From: Thermodesulfobacteriota bacterium
GTDB taxonomy: Bacteria > Desulfobacterota > Thermodesulfobacteria > Thermodesulfobacteriales > Thermodesulfobacteriaceae
Direction of reading: 5' to 3'
DNA: 64,000 bases
Assembly (NCBI GenBank): GCA_030550555.1
Contig: JAUQPD010000007.1
Span: 17,563 to 81,562, forward strand
Shown here: positions 49,402 through 60,332 of the stretch, one piece after another
Layout: every line of letters begins with the position of its first letter
How positions within the stretch are numbered: the first letter of the stretch is position 1
Notes under the pieces: generated by a model
Databases searched by the model: none
The model's input: only the letters and a program-made list of their open reading frames with translations
What the model was told of the DNA's origin: nothing
Made by a program: the position numbers and the translations under genes

Positions 49402-50643
49402 ATGAAAGCAAAGCCTTTCAAATATACATTCCTTTTCCTCATTTTGATTAACTTTATCTTTGGAAACTCTTTTTTGCAGGAAGCTTTAGCTAACAATCAA
49501 AAAAAATCACAAACTAGCATTAGGGCCAATCTTAGTAAAAAAGAGACGCATTCTGGGTCCTCACAAAAGAGCAAAACAGTGAGGTCTTCTCAAGGATCTC
49601 AAGGCTCAGCTACGAAAAAAAACGCACAAACTAGGGTTGTAAAAGTATCCTCAGATAGAGTTTCAGAGACAGTTCATGTAGTTAAGAAAGGAGATACTCT
49701 CTATCGCATAGCCAAACAATACTCAATAACTGTGGAGGACATTAAGAGGGCAAACAACCTGAAATCGGAGAGACTTCAGCTTGGCCAAAAGCTACTTATC
49801 CCCATGAAGCAAGCCCAGCGGACAAATGGGCATCCTTCTCTATCTCTCAGATCCCATGGATTGGAAACTTTTGTTAATGAGCCCTTGTATGCAAAACAAC
49901 AAGAGATTTCAGACTATCTCTATCACATTGTTCAACCTGGAGAGACCTTATACAGAATCTCACTAAATTATGGGGTCTCTCTTGAGGAGCTCAAAAAAAT
50001 TAACAATCTCGAAAGTAATATCATCACCGTAGGACAAAAACTAAAAATTCCAAAAGTCAATCAGGAGTCTATAAGATCCTCTTTGAGTCTTGAGAGACCA
50101 CTGAGAGACCTTAAGTCTGAAGAAGATACTCTTCAGAGCAAGTTTGAGAAAAACCTATTGACAAGAGATAGGATTTTAACTCGATCCGTGCTGACCAAAG
50201 AAGATGAACTTGCCCTGAAGAGGAAGTTTATTGAGCTCTCCATCTATTATGCAGACTCCAGATATAGGCTTGGCGGTAATGGAGATGGTTATCTTGACTG
50301 TTCATCCTTCGTCAAGCTGATTTACAAGAAATTAGGAATTAATTTGCCAAGAAGCTCTGCTCAACAGTTTATGGTTGGAGTCCCTGTTGAGGAGCATGAG
50401 CTCATACCTGGTGACCTTGTCTTTTTTAGAACCAGAGGACGAACTATTTCCCATGTAGGAATATATATTGGAGACAATAGGTTCATCCACATCTCTTCGT
50501 CCCGAAAGAGAGTTGCTATTGACTCTTTAGATGATCCCTACTTTAAGAAGAGATACGCAGGAGCTAAAAGGGTTCTCAATGGTGAAGTTCTAGAGATGTT
50601 CCAAGGATATCTTAACCGTAGAGAAGGCAATAGAGACACCTAA
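49402..50643 (+). CDS. Peptidoglycan endopeptidase with two LysM domains and a C-terminal NlpC/P60 domain
   Basis: It has a signal peptide, two LysM repeats (HVVKKGDTLYRIAKQY...; HIVQPGETLYRISLNY...), and an NlpC/P60 domain with catalytic Cys (GYLDCSSFV) and His (ISHVGIY). Confidence 0.85.
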   Translation: MKAKPFKYTFLFLILINFIFGNSFLQEALANNQKKSQTSIRANLSKKETHSGSSQKSKTVRSSQGSQGSATKKNAQTRVVKVSSDRVSETVHVVKKGDTLYRIAKQYSITVEDIKRANNLKSERLQLGQKLLIPMKQAQRTNGHPSLSLRSHGLETFVNEPLYAKQQEISDYLYHIVQPGETLYRISLNYGVSLEELKKINNLESNIITVGQKLKIPKVNQESIRSSLSLERPLRDLKSEEDTLQSKFEKNLLTRDRILTRSVLTKEDELALKRKFIELSIYYADSRYRLGGNGDGYLDCSSFVKLIYKKLGINLPRSSAQQFMVGVPVEEHELIPGDLVFFRTRGRTISHVGIYIGDNRFIHISSSRKRVAIDSLDDPYFKKRYAGAKRVLNGEVLEMFQGYLNRREGNRDT

Positions 50644-50795
50644 CTTTAAAGTGAAAGTTCAACCAATCCTTTCCTATTAATTGAATTTTCAAATTGAGAT
50701 CAATTAACAGATCTCACCTAACTAAACTTTTAGGGTTGAAATGATGGGAAAAGAAATTAATATAGATGAGCAAAATTCTGAGAGGAGACAGGGCA

Positions 50796-52070
50796 ATGGC
50801 AAAGAAACCGATGACCCTTGCGCAAAAGCTACTTGCCAATAAGTTGGGAGTACCCTATGTTGAGCCAGGGGAGTTGATAGAGGTCCCAGTAGATCTCACT
50901 CTTGCGAATGATATAACAGCACCACTTGCCATAAAAGTTTTTGAGAGCACCTGTATTGAGAGGATTTTTGATCCAAATAAAATAGCCCTTGTTATGGACC
51001 ACTTTACACCTAACAAAGACATTAAAAGTGCAGAGCAAGTGAGAATTTGCAGAGAATTTGCTCGAAAATACGGTATCAAACACTATTATGAGGGTGGAAA
51101 CTGTGGAATAGAACATGCCCTCTTACCAGAATTGGGGTTAGTTGTCCCTGGAGACATAATTATCGGTGCAGACAGTCATACCTGTACCTATGGAGCCTTT
51201 GGGGCTTTTGCAACTGGTGTAGGCTCTACTGATCTTGCAGGTGCTTGGATTACAGGAAAGATCTGGTTTAAAGTTCCCGAAAGTATGAAATTTATTTACC
51301 ACGGAGAGTTGAAACCTTGGGTCACGGGTAAAGATCTAATCCTCTATACCATTGGAGACATTGGCGTTGATGGAGCTCTCTATATGGCGATGGAGTTTAC
51401 TGGTGAGGTTATAAAAAGGCTATCCATGGCAGAAAGGATGACCATGGCCAATATGGCAATTGAAGCTGGTGCTAAGGTAGGGCTAATGGAAGCTGATAGA
51501 ACAACTTTGGCCTATTTAAAGGGGAGAATTAGCAGAGAGCCTGTCATACTTAAAGCGGACAAGAAGGCAAATTACAAAGAGATAAGAGAATATGACTGCT
51601 CAAAAATAGATCTCGTCGTTGCTCTACCTCATCTTCCATCAAATGTCAAGTTTGTAAAGGAATTACCTAATAAGATTTACATAGATCAAGTCGTAATTGG
51701 ATCCTGCACAAACGGAAGATATGAAGATTTAGAAATAGCAGGACGAATCCTTAAAGGAAAAAGAGTTAATCCCAATATTCGATGCATAATAATTCCTGCC
51801 ACACCAGAGGTATTCAAGAAAGCCTTGAAAAAGGGACTAATTCAGATCTTTGTGGAAGCTGGAGCCATTGTTTCTCCTCCAACCTGTGGTCCCTGCCTTG
51901 GAGGACATATGGGAATCTTAGCAAAGGGTGAAAAGGCGGTAGCTACTACTAATAGAAATTTCGTTGGGAGAATGGGACATCCAGAGAGTGAAATCTATCT
52001 TGCAGGACCAGCAGTTGCAGCTGCTTCTGCCATATTAGGTTACATTGGAACTCCTGATGAGGTCCTTTAA
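50796..52070 (+). CDS. leuC: 3-isopropylmalate dehydratase large subunit (short archaeal/anaerobe-type aconitase-family LeuC)
   Basis: Motifs: MTLAQKLL, DHFTPN, GADSHTCTYGA, GSCTNGR, CGPCLGGH. The ATG at 50796 with SD aggaga is preferred over 50766. Confidence 0.88.
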   Translation: MAKKPMTLAQKLLANKLGVPYVEPGELIEVPVDLTLANDITAPLAIKVFESTCIERIFDPNKIALVMDHFTPNKDIKSAEQVRICREFARKYGIKHYYEGGNCGIEHALLPELGLVVPGDIIIGADSHTCTYGAFGAFATGVGSTDLAGAWITGKIWFKVPESMKFIYHGELKPWVTGKDLILYTIGDIGVDGALYMAMEFTGEVIKRLSMAERMTMANMAIEAGAKVGLMEADRTTLAYLKGRISREPVILKADKKANYKEIREYDCSKIDLVVALPHLPSNVKFVKELPNKIYIDQVVIGSCTNGRYEDLEIAGRILKGKRVNPNIRCIIIPATPEVFKKALKKGLIQIFVEAGAIVSPPTCGPCLGGHMGILAKGEKAVATTNRNFVGRMGHPESEIYLAGPAVAAASAILGYIGTPDEVL

Positions 52071-52100
52071 AAGTAAGACTAAATGTAGGAGGCTATAAAT

Positions 52101-52604
52101 ATGATCAGAGGAAGAGTTTGGAAATTTGGCGATAATGTGGACACAGATGTCATTATACCTGCTAGATATCTCAATACAACTGACCCTGAAGAATTAGCTA
52201 AACACTGCATGGAAGATGCAGATCCTGAATTTCCCAAGAAAGTTGGAAAAGGTGATATCCTTGTTGCTGGGAGGAACTTTGGATGTGGCTCTTCCCGTGA
52301 GCATGCACCTATTGCCATAAAGTCTGCTGGCATTTCCTGTGTCATTGCAGAATCCTTTGCAAGGATTTTTTATAGAAATGCCTTCAATACAGGCCTACTT
52401 ATCCTTGAATGCCCTGAGGCAGTCAAAGATGCAGAGACTGGCGACGAATTGGAAGTTGACATTGATGAAGGAAGAATAACAAACCTGACTAAAGGCAAAA
52501 CCTACAAAATTAAACCACTTCCTCAATTTATGAAGGAAATTCTTGAAGATGGAGGATTAATCCCTCATATAATGAAAAAATTTCAAGCAAGTTGCAAAAT
52601 CTAA
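52101..52604 (+). CDS. leuD: 3-isopropylmalate dehydratase small subunit
   Basis: 167 aa. Motifs: [21 protein letters not shown] and [12 protein letters not shown]. Confidence 0.9.
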   Translation: MIRGRVWKFGDNVDTDVIIPARYLNTTDPEELAKHCMEDADPEFPKKVGKGDILVAGRNFGCGSSREHAPIAIKSAGISCVIAESFARIFYRNAFNTGLLILECPEAVKDAETGDELEVDIDEGRITNLTKGKTYKIKPLPQFMKEILEDGGLIPHIMKKFQASCKI

Positions 52605-52649
52605 AAAGGTATCTCAAAAAATTCTCTGTCTTTACCTTTAGGTCTCGAA

Positions 52650-53444
52650 ATGGGTAGATCTCTGAGGTTTAAGTATCATACAGAAGGGGATTTGAGTTCG
52701 CTTTTTGAACTAATTAAAGAGTTACGTGGGGAAAGTGGATGCCCATGGGATAAAAAACAGACACCTGAAACTCTAAAAAAATACCTGCTTGAGGAGGCTT
52801 ATGAGGCCATCGAGGCTATTGATCAAGGCGAACCAAAGGCGGTGATGGAAGAATTGGGAGATCTTCTCTTTCTAATTCTTTTCATCGTTTACATTTATCA
52901 AGAGAGAGGGGAATTTAGTCTAAAGGAACTTGTAGAAAAGACCTTCAACAAAATGGTCTCAAGACATCCCCATGTTTTTGGAGAGGAAAGCGCTAAATCT
53001 GCAGAAGAGGTGCTTAAAAGATGGCAAGTGTTAAAAGCTAAAGAGGGGAAAAGCCCCTCTATCTTAGGAGACCTTCCCAAGAGTCTTCCTGCTCTGCAAA
53101 GGGCATATAGACTTGGAGAGAGGGCTGGGAGGATTGGCTTTGATTGGAGAGACCCAAAGGAGGTCTTCGCTAAGATCTATGAAGAATTGAAGGAAGTGGA
53201 GATGGCTTTGAATGATAAGAGAGGAGAACAGTTAAAGGAAGAGTTAGGAGATCTTCTTTTTAGTATAGCTAACCTTTCAAGAAAGCTCAACATTAATCCT
53301 GAAGAGGCCTTGAGAGGGGCCTTAATTAAATTTGAAAATCGCTTTAAGAGGATGGAGTCTTTTGTAAAAGAGCAAGGCAAAAGGCTTGAAGACATGACTC
53401 TTGAAGAAATGGACAAAATATGGGAGACCCTCAAGAAGACTTAA
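52650..53444 (+). CDS. mazG: MazG-family nucleoside triphosphate pyrophosphohydrolase (tandem MazG domains)
   Basis: Motifs: CPWDKKQTPETLKKYLLEEAYE, and EELGDLLF occurring twice. Confidence 0.85.
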   Translation: MGRSLRFKYHTEGDLSSLFELIKELRGESGCPWDKKQTPETLKKYLLEEAYEAIEAIDQGEPKAVMEELGDLLFLILFIVYIYQERGEFSLKELVEKTFNKMVSRHPHVFGEESAKSAEEVLKRWQVLKAKEGKSPSILGDLPKSLPALQRAYRLGERAGRIGFDWRDPKEVFAKIYEELKEVEMALNDKRGEQLKEELGDLLFSIANLSRKLNINPEEALRGALIKFENRFKRMESFVKEQGKRLEDMTLEEMDKIWETLKKT

Positions 53445-54160
53445 TTAGAATTGAAGGTCTCTCTCTAAAGTTTGATGAAAAGACCGTTTTAGAGGATATT
53501 AATCTGAGTGTCAAAAAAGGAGACTTCCTTGCAATAATTGGTCCTAATGGTGGTGGAAAGAGCACACTAATTCGCTGTATCCTTGGATTTTTAAAGCCCC
53601 AAAAGGGAAAGATCTTTCTCTGGGGTAAGGATAGCAATCATTTCAGTGAGTGGTATAGGATTGGGTATGTTCCTCAAAGAGCTGGACAAAACCTTGGACA
53701 TCTCAATCCTATGACAGTAAATGAGTTCCTTCAGCTCCCCTCCAAATGGTATAGGATCTCTATTGATTTATCCTACTTAGATCTTCTTACTGAAAAATTT
53801 GGTATTAAATCTTTACTCAGAAAGAGACTTTATCAACTCTCCTTTGGTCAGCTTCAACGGACCTTTATTGTCAGAGCTCTTGCCCTCAAACCAGAGCTTC
53901 TCATTTTGGATGAACCCTCTGTAGGATTAGACTTTATGCTTCAAGAAGTCTTTTACAAATCTCTTGCTGAATTTCACAAAAAAGGTATCACCATCGTTCT
54001 TATCACTCACGAGACCTGGTTAATTACCAAGGAAGTAAATAAAGTTGCCTGTCTAAATCAAAAGCTCTACTTCCATGGAGAGCATCGGGAGTTTTGCAAA
54101 CTTGCTGAGGAAAATATCTATGGTTTTCCCACTCATGTGATTGAACATCATCACTGGTGA
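53420..54160 (+). CDS. Metal (Zn/Mn-type) ABC transporter ATP-binding protein
   Basis: Walker A GPNGGGKST, a degenerate signature LSFGQLQR, and Walker B LILDEPSVGLD. It overlaps the mazG 3' end by 25 nt. Confidence 0.8.
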   Translation: MGDPQEDLIRIEGLSLKFDEKTVLEDINLSVKKGDFLAIIGPNGGGKSTLIRCILGFLKPQKGKIFLWGKDSNHFSEWYRIGYVPQRAGQNLGHLNPMTVNEFLQLPSKWYRISIDLSYLDLLTEKFGIKSLLRKRLYQLSFGQLQRTFIVRALALKPELLILDEPSVGLDFMLQEVFYKSLAEFHKKGITIVLITHETWLITKEVNKVACLNQKLYFHGEHREFCKLAEENIYGFPTHVIEHHHW

Positions 54161-54981
54161 AAATGGATAACCTTCTTGAAACTTTATTTGAATACATTTA
54201 TCTTTTCAAATGGGGACTAATCACTGGAGTTCTTTTCGCTTTAGCATCCTCTTTCACCTCCCCATTTGTTATTTTGAAAAGAAATGCCCTCTTTCCACAT
54301 GCCCTAACCCATATAATGCTACTCTCCTTTCTTTCCGTTGCAGTATTTAGTCCCTTGATCCCTGTGTCCCTACATTTTTTCCTTATTCTTTTTATAACCC
54401 TCTTCCTCACCTATACCATTCACATTTTAATAAAAGGTTCACGACTCTATGAAGATACAGCAACTTCAATTGTCACCCATCTTTCATTAGGCTTTGCTCT
54501 AATGCTTGCAAGTAAGACTTCTCAATACGATGCTACCCTTCTGAACTATCTTTTTGGTTCGCTTTTAACTGTAGAGAAGAAGGAAACTTTTGAGGGACTC
54601 TTAGTTTTACTAATCAGTTCGGCCAGCTATTTGAAATTTCGTTACCTTTGGTTGACTGAAACCTTAGAAAGAGAAGTTCCTGGCCTAAATTATGGAAAGA
54701 GTAATTTATTTCTCCTTCTTATGATAACTCTCCAGATAATGATTGGAATAAAGTTAATGGGAGTGCTCCTTGTGACTTCCTTCTTTGTGTTTAGTCCAAC
54801 CCTTGCCCTAAGGCTCTCGCCTTCATTTGCCTGGGTTATTCCAATAACTGGAGCTCTAAACCTGCTCGCCATATTGGGCGGATTTACAATCTCTGTAGCT
54901 TTTGATATTCCCTTTTCTGCATCAGCTATTATATTTATGGGTTCGTATATTGTGTTCCTTTTCATTTTGGGGCGAAAATGA
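54157..54981 (+). CDS. Metal ABC transporter permease (ABC-3/ZnuB-like)
   Basis: 274 aa and polytopic. It has 4-nt overlaps with both neighbouring genes. The family call rests mainly on size and context. Confidence 0.7.
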   Translation: MKMDNLLETLFEYIYLFKWGLITGVLFALASSFTSPFVILKRNALFPHALTHIMLLSFLSVAVFSPLIPVSLHFFLILFITLFLTYTIHILIKGSRLYEDTATSIVTHLSLGFALMLASKTSQYDATLLNYLFGSLLTVEKKETFEGLLVLLISSASYLKFRYLWLTETLEREVPGLNYGKSNLFLLLMITLQIMIGIKLMGVLLVTSFFVFSPTLALRLSPSFAWVIPITGALNLLAILGGFTISVAFDIPFSASAIIFMGSYIVFLFILGRK

Positions 54982-55748
54982 GACTAATTGATACCCATGC
55001 CCATCTTAATTTTCCAGAATTTAAAAAAGACTTAAAAGAGGTTGTAGAGCGAGCAAAGAGTGTGGGGTTAACTAAGATCATTGTTGTTGGAATAGATAGA
55101 AAGACTGGGGAGAGGGCCATTGAAATAAAAAAACTCTATCCAGAAATTATAGAAGTTGCAATAGGTTTTCATCCTCACGAAGTGAAGAAAATTAGCGAGG
55201 AAGACTACCTTTGGCTTGAGTCTCAGCTTCCTCAAGCTGTGGCCCTTGGTGAAATAGGACTTGATTTCGTAAAGGAGTATTCGCCAAAGGAGGTACAGTT
55301 ACAACATCTGGAGAGACTCCTTGAAATTGCAAAAAAATATAATAGGCCTGTTATTCTCCATATGAGAGGAGATCAAAATTTTTGGAAATTCGCCTTAGAT
55401 ATCCTTTCGCCTTTTAAATACTATCCTCTTCTATTTCACTGCTTCACCGCAGATAAAGAGGTTGCTAAGGCAATTCTCGAATTTCATAGTATCATATCAA
55501 TTCCAGGAATAGTTACCTTTGAAAAGGCTGAAAACCTTAGAGAGACAGTTAGATATGTCCCCATTGAACGCATAGTTCTCGAGACAGACTGTCCCTTTTT
55601 ATCGCCCAATCCCTTTCGAGGAAAAAGAAATGAACCAGCTTTTATAGAATATACCGCAAAGATGGTTGCAAAGCTAAAGGGTATGAGTTATGAAGAGGTC
55701 TGTAATGTGACTTCAGAGAATGCTGAGAGATTTTTCAACTTAGTTTGA
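54978..55748 (+). CDS. tatD: TatD-family metal-dependent hydrolase
   Basis: LIDTHAHLN start, EIGLD, HCF, and ETDCPFL motifs. Confidence 0.9.
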   Translation: MRLIDTHAHLNFPEFKKDLKEVVERAKSVGLTKIIVVGIDRKTGERAIEIKKLYPEIIEVAIGFHPHEVKKISEEDYLWLESQLPQAVALGEIGLDFVKEYSPKEVQLQHLERLLEIAKKYNRPVILHMRGDQNFWKFALDILSPFKYYPLLFHCFTADKEVAKAILEFHSIISIPGIVTFEKAENLRETVRYVPIERIVLETDCPFLSPNPFRGKRNEPAFIEYTAKMVAKLKGMSYEEVCNVTSENAERFFNLV

Positions 55749-55780
55749 AAATATTTAAATAGGCTGAGGAGGAGAAGCAA

Positions 55781-57565
55781 ATGCGTCTAAAGAGGACTCA
55801 CTTTATAGGAGACATAACAGAAGATCTAATAGGGAGAGAGATCGTTGTTGCAGGATGGATACTTAGGCGTAGGGATCACGGAGGAGTAATTTTTTTAGAC
55901 TTAAGAGACCGCTCTGGGATACTTCAGGTCCTATTTGAAGAGGGGATCAATCCAGAGGTCCATGAGCTTGCAGACTCTCTGCGAAATGAGTATGTAGTGT
56001 CAGTCAAGGGGATTCTTCGTAGAAGACCCCCTGGAATGGAAAACCCCAAAATCCCAACTGGTAATGTAGAACTTGTAGCGAATGACCTGGAGTTACATAA
56101 TACTTCCCCTACTCCTCCTTTCCAAATGGATGAAGATTTGAGTGAGATTTCAGAGGCATTAAGATTGAAATACAGATATTTGGAGATGAGGGCTCTAAAT
56201 GGACATAGACCCTTTGTTTTTCGTCATGGGGTCAATCAGAGAATACGGGAGTTTCTTGACTCCAAGGGTTTTATTGAGATAGAAACACCTTATCTCACCA
56301 AGAGCACACCTGAGGGAGCAAGGGACTACCTCGTGCCAAGTCGTCTTTACCCTGGTAAATTTTATGCTCTCCCTCAATCGCCTCAGCTCTTCAAACAAAT
56401 ACTCATGGTTGCAGGCTTTGAAAAATATTATCAGATTGTCAGATGCTTTCGCGATGAGGACTTGAGGGCTGACAGACAACCGGAGTTTACTCAACTTGAC
56501 TTAGAGATGAGCTTTGTGACTGAAGAGGATGTCATGACCCTTGTAGAAGAACTCCTTCAATACCTCTTTGAAAAAACCCTTGGAATTAACCTCGAGATCC
56601 CCTTTCCCCGAATAAGTTACAGCAGAGCCATCTCCGAGTACGGCACTGACAGACCTGATCTTCGCTACGATCTTCTCTTGAGGGACCTTTCCTCCGTGGC
56701 TAAGGAGTCGAATTTTCAGGTCTTTTTGACAGCTCTTGAAAAGGGTGGGGTCGTAAAAGGAATTAAAGTGCCATATCACTTCAGCAGAAAGGAGATTGAA
56801 GAACTCACACAGTTTGCTCAAAATCTAGGTGCTAAAGGGCTTGCCTGGATGAGATACACAAAAAATGCCTCTCCCGATGAAAAATGGAGCTCACCTATTG
56901 TAAAATTTTTCTCAAGAGGACTTCTTGAAAAACTTGAAGAACTCTTTGATTTAAAAGAAGAAATTGCCACCCTTTTCTTTGTGGCTGATAATTTTGAGAT
57001 AGTTCACGCAGTACTCGGTGAACTGAGAAGAGAGATTGCTCAAAGACTAAGGTTGATTAAGGAGAGGGAGTTTAGGTTCGTTTGGGTTGTTGATTTTCCG
57101 CTTTTTGAGTGGGATGAGACTGAGAATAGGATTGTTGCGGTTCATCATCCCTTTACTCATCCTCATCTTGATGACTTGGAGATACTGGAGAGTGAGCCTT
57201 TGAAGGTGCGATCCAGAGCCTATGACATTGTCCTTAATGGAGTTGAAGTTGGTGGAGGAAGTATTCGTATTCATAGAAGGGATTTACAGGAGAGAGTTTT
57301 TAAGATATTAGGAATAAGCAAGGAGGAGGCTGAAGAGAAGTTTGGCTTTCTACTTCGGGCCTTGGAGTATGGGGCTCCTCCCCATGGTGGACTTGCCTTT
57401 GGGCTTGATCGGTTGATAATGTTAATGCTTGGTTGTAAGAGTATTCGGGAGGTCATTGCTTTTCCCAAGACTCAGAGAGGGCAATGTCTTTTGACGGGAG
57501 CTCCAAGCTCGGTGAGGGTTGAGCAGATCTTGGAACTCCATCTCCTTCCAGGATGGGAAAAATAA
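55781..57565 (+). CDS. aspS: Aspartyl-tRNA synthetase (bacterial type)
   Basis: 594 aa. Motifs: [20 protein letters not shown], class II motifs ([34 protein letters not shown]). Confidence 0.97.
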   Translation: MRLKRTHFIGDITEDLIGREIVVAGWILRRRDHGGVIFLDLRDRSGILQVLFEEGINPEVHELADSLRNEYVVSVKGILRRRPPGMENPKIPTGNVELVANDLELHNTSPTPPFQMDEDLSEISEALRLKYRYLEMRALNGHRPFVFRHGVNQRIREFLDSKGFIEIETPYLTKSTPEGARDYLVPSRLYPGKFYALPQSPQLFKQILMVAGFEKYYQIVRCFRDEDLRADRQPEFTQLDLEMSFVTEEDVMTLVEELLQYLFEKTLGINLEIPFPRISYSRAISEYGTDRPDLRYDLLLRDLSSVAKESNFQVFLTALEKGGVVKGIKVPYHFSRKEIEELTQFAQNLGAKGLAWMRYTKNASPDEKWSSPIVKFFSRGLLEKLEELFDLKEEIATLFFVADNFEIVHAVLGELRREIAQRLRLIKEREFRFVWVVDFPLFEWDETENRIVAVHHPFTHPHLDDLEILESEPLKVRSRAYDIVLNGVEVGGGSIRIHRRDLQERVFKILGISKEEAEEKFGFLLRALEYGAPPHGGLAFGLDRLIMLMLGCKSIREVIAFPKTQRGQCLLTGAPSSVRVEQILELHLLPGWEK

Positions 57566-58909
<1,344 letters not shown>

Positions 58910-58921
58910 GATCTCAAATCT

Positions 58922-60307
58922 ATGAGAGAAAAGATCCTAATTGCAAATAGAGGGGAGATTGCTCTAAGAATAATGGAAGCCTGTGAACTTTTAGAACTTG
59001 ATTATGTTGCAGTATATACAAAGGAGGATGAAGAATCTCTTCATGTAAGGCGTGCCAAAAAGAAATATCGCATTTCTGACTATAGGGACATGAATGATCT
59101 CCTTGCAGTAGCAGATGAAGAAAAATGCATAGCCATTCATCCGGGATACGGTTTTCTCTCTGAGAATTATAGGTTTGCAAGGAGAGTAATAAAGCGGGAA
59201 AGACCTCTTATTTGGATAGGTCCATCCTGGGAAGCTATTAGGGACTTAGGAAATAAACTTTATATGAAAAAGGTTGCTAAGGAACTGGGGATACCGATAA
59301 TTCCAGGCACAGTTGATCCTCTATATAACGAAATTGAAGCAGAGCTAAAGGCTGAGGAGCTACTTGAGGAAGCAGAAGCACAAGGTTTTGAAAGCATTTC
59401 ATTTCTTGTGAAAGCAGTTGCTGGCGGTGGAGGGATGGGGATTGAAGAGGTAAAGAATTTGGAAGAAATTCGTCCTGTTTTCAGAAGAGTCAGAGCCTAT
59501 GCCAAAAGACTTTTTGGTGAAGAGGGAATAATTATTGAGATAAAGATACCAGTATTTCAGCACCTCGAAGTTCAAATACTTGGCACCAAAGATGGTGAAT
59601 ATGTGCACTTTGGCACAAGAAATTGCACAATCCAGAGTCCTTTTAGACAAAAAAGAATAGAACTTGCCCCAGGATTTTGTGAGCGGTTTCAATTCAATTT
59701 TGATCCAAAAGCAGTAGAATCTGCAATTATCAACTATTCTCTTAAGCTTGCTCAGCACTTTAATTATGATAGCGTTGGCACCTTTGAATGGTTAATAACA
59801 CCTGATGGTAAGTATTATTTAATGGAAGTCAATACTAGAATTCAAGTTGAGAATGAAATTTCAGCTAAAATATCCTTTATTAATGGAAAACAAGTTAATC
59901 TTTTGAGAGAACAGATTCGAGTTGCCCTCGGTGATAAATTGGGTTACAGTCAGGAAGACATAGAATTTAGAGGAATGAGTCTTGAATTCCGCCTAATTGC
60001 TGAAGACACAAGAAGAGGATTTATGCCTCTTAGTGGAACTATTACAAAATTTCAATTTCCTGACTATCCTTGGTTGACGGTTAGGACCCATGTGCCTCAA
60101 GATAGGCCCTATGTGATACCAACCCAATTTGACCCAAATCTCGCATTAGCTATAATTTATGCAGAAGATCTTGAAAACCTTCTTGAACGTAGTCGTAGAT
60201 TTCTTGATGAAGCCATTATAGAGGGAATTACTCCAAAGGGAGATCCCTTGATTACAAACATTCCCTATTTGAAAGAAAAACTTGCATTAATATACCAATT
60301 TATATAA
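58922..60307 (+). CDS. Biotin carboxylase-like ATP-grasp enzyme (divergent AccC)
   Basis: Motifs: KILIANRGEIALRI, IHPGYGFLSEN, Gly loop KAVAGGGGMGI, EVNTRIQVEN, EFRLIAED. Confidence 0.85.
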   Translation: MREKILIANRGEIALRIMEACELLELDYVAVYTKEDEESLHVRRAKKKYRISDYRDMNDLLAVADEEKCIAIHPGYGFLSENYRFARRVIKRERPLIWIGPSWEAIRDLGNKLYMKKVAKELGIPIIPGTVDPLYNEIEAELKAEELLEEAEAQGFESISFLVKAVAGGGGMGIEEVKNLEEIRPVFRRVRAYAKRLFGEEGIIIEIKIPVFQHLEVQILGTKDGEYVHFGTRNCTIQSPFRQKRIELAPGFCERFQFNFDPKAVESAIINYSLKLAQHFNYDSVGTFEWLITPDGKYYLMEVNTRIQVENEISAKISFINGKQVNLLREQIRVALGDKLGYSQEDIEFRGMSLEFRLIAEDTRRGFMPLSGTITKFQFPDYPWLTVRTHVPQDRPYVIPTQFDPNLALAIIYAEDLENLLERSRRFLDEAIIEGITPKGDPLITNIPYLKEKLALIYQFI

Positions 60308-60332
60308 AATTGTGAGAAATCCTCTGTGAAAC

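Noticed and set aside
50644-50795. Leader-peptide attenuator or T-box upstream of leuC. This includes the 8-bp inverted repeat ttaattga-N15-tcaattaa and a 33-codon ORF starting at 50741.
   Set aside because: The small ORF has no Leu run and overlaps the leuC start in another frame. There is no terminator/antiterminator pair and no T-box specifier structure. The AT-only inverted repeat is weak, though it could be an operator.
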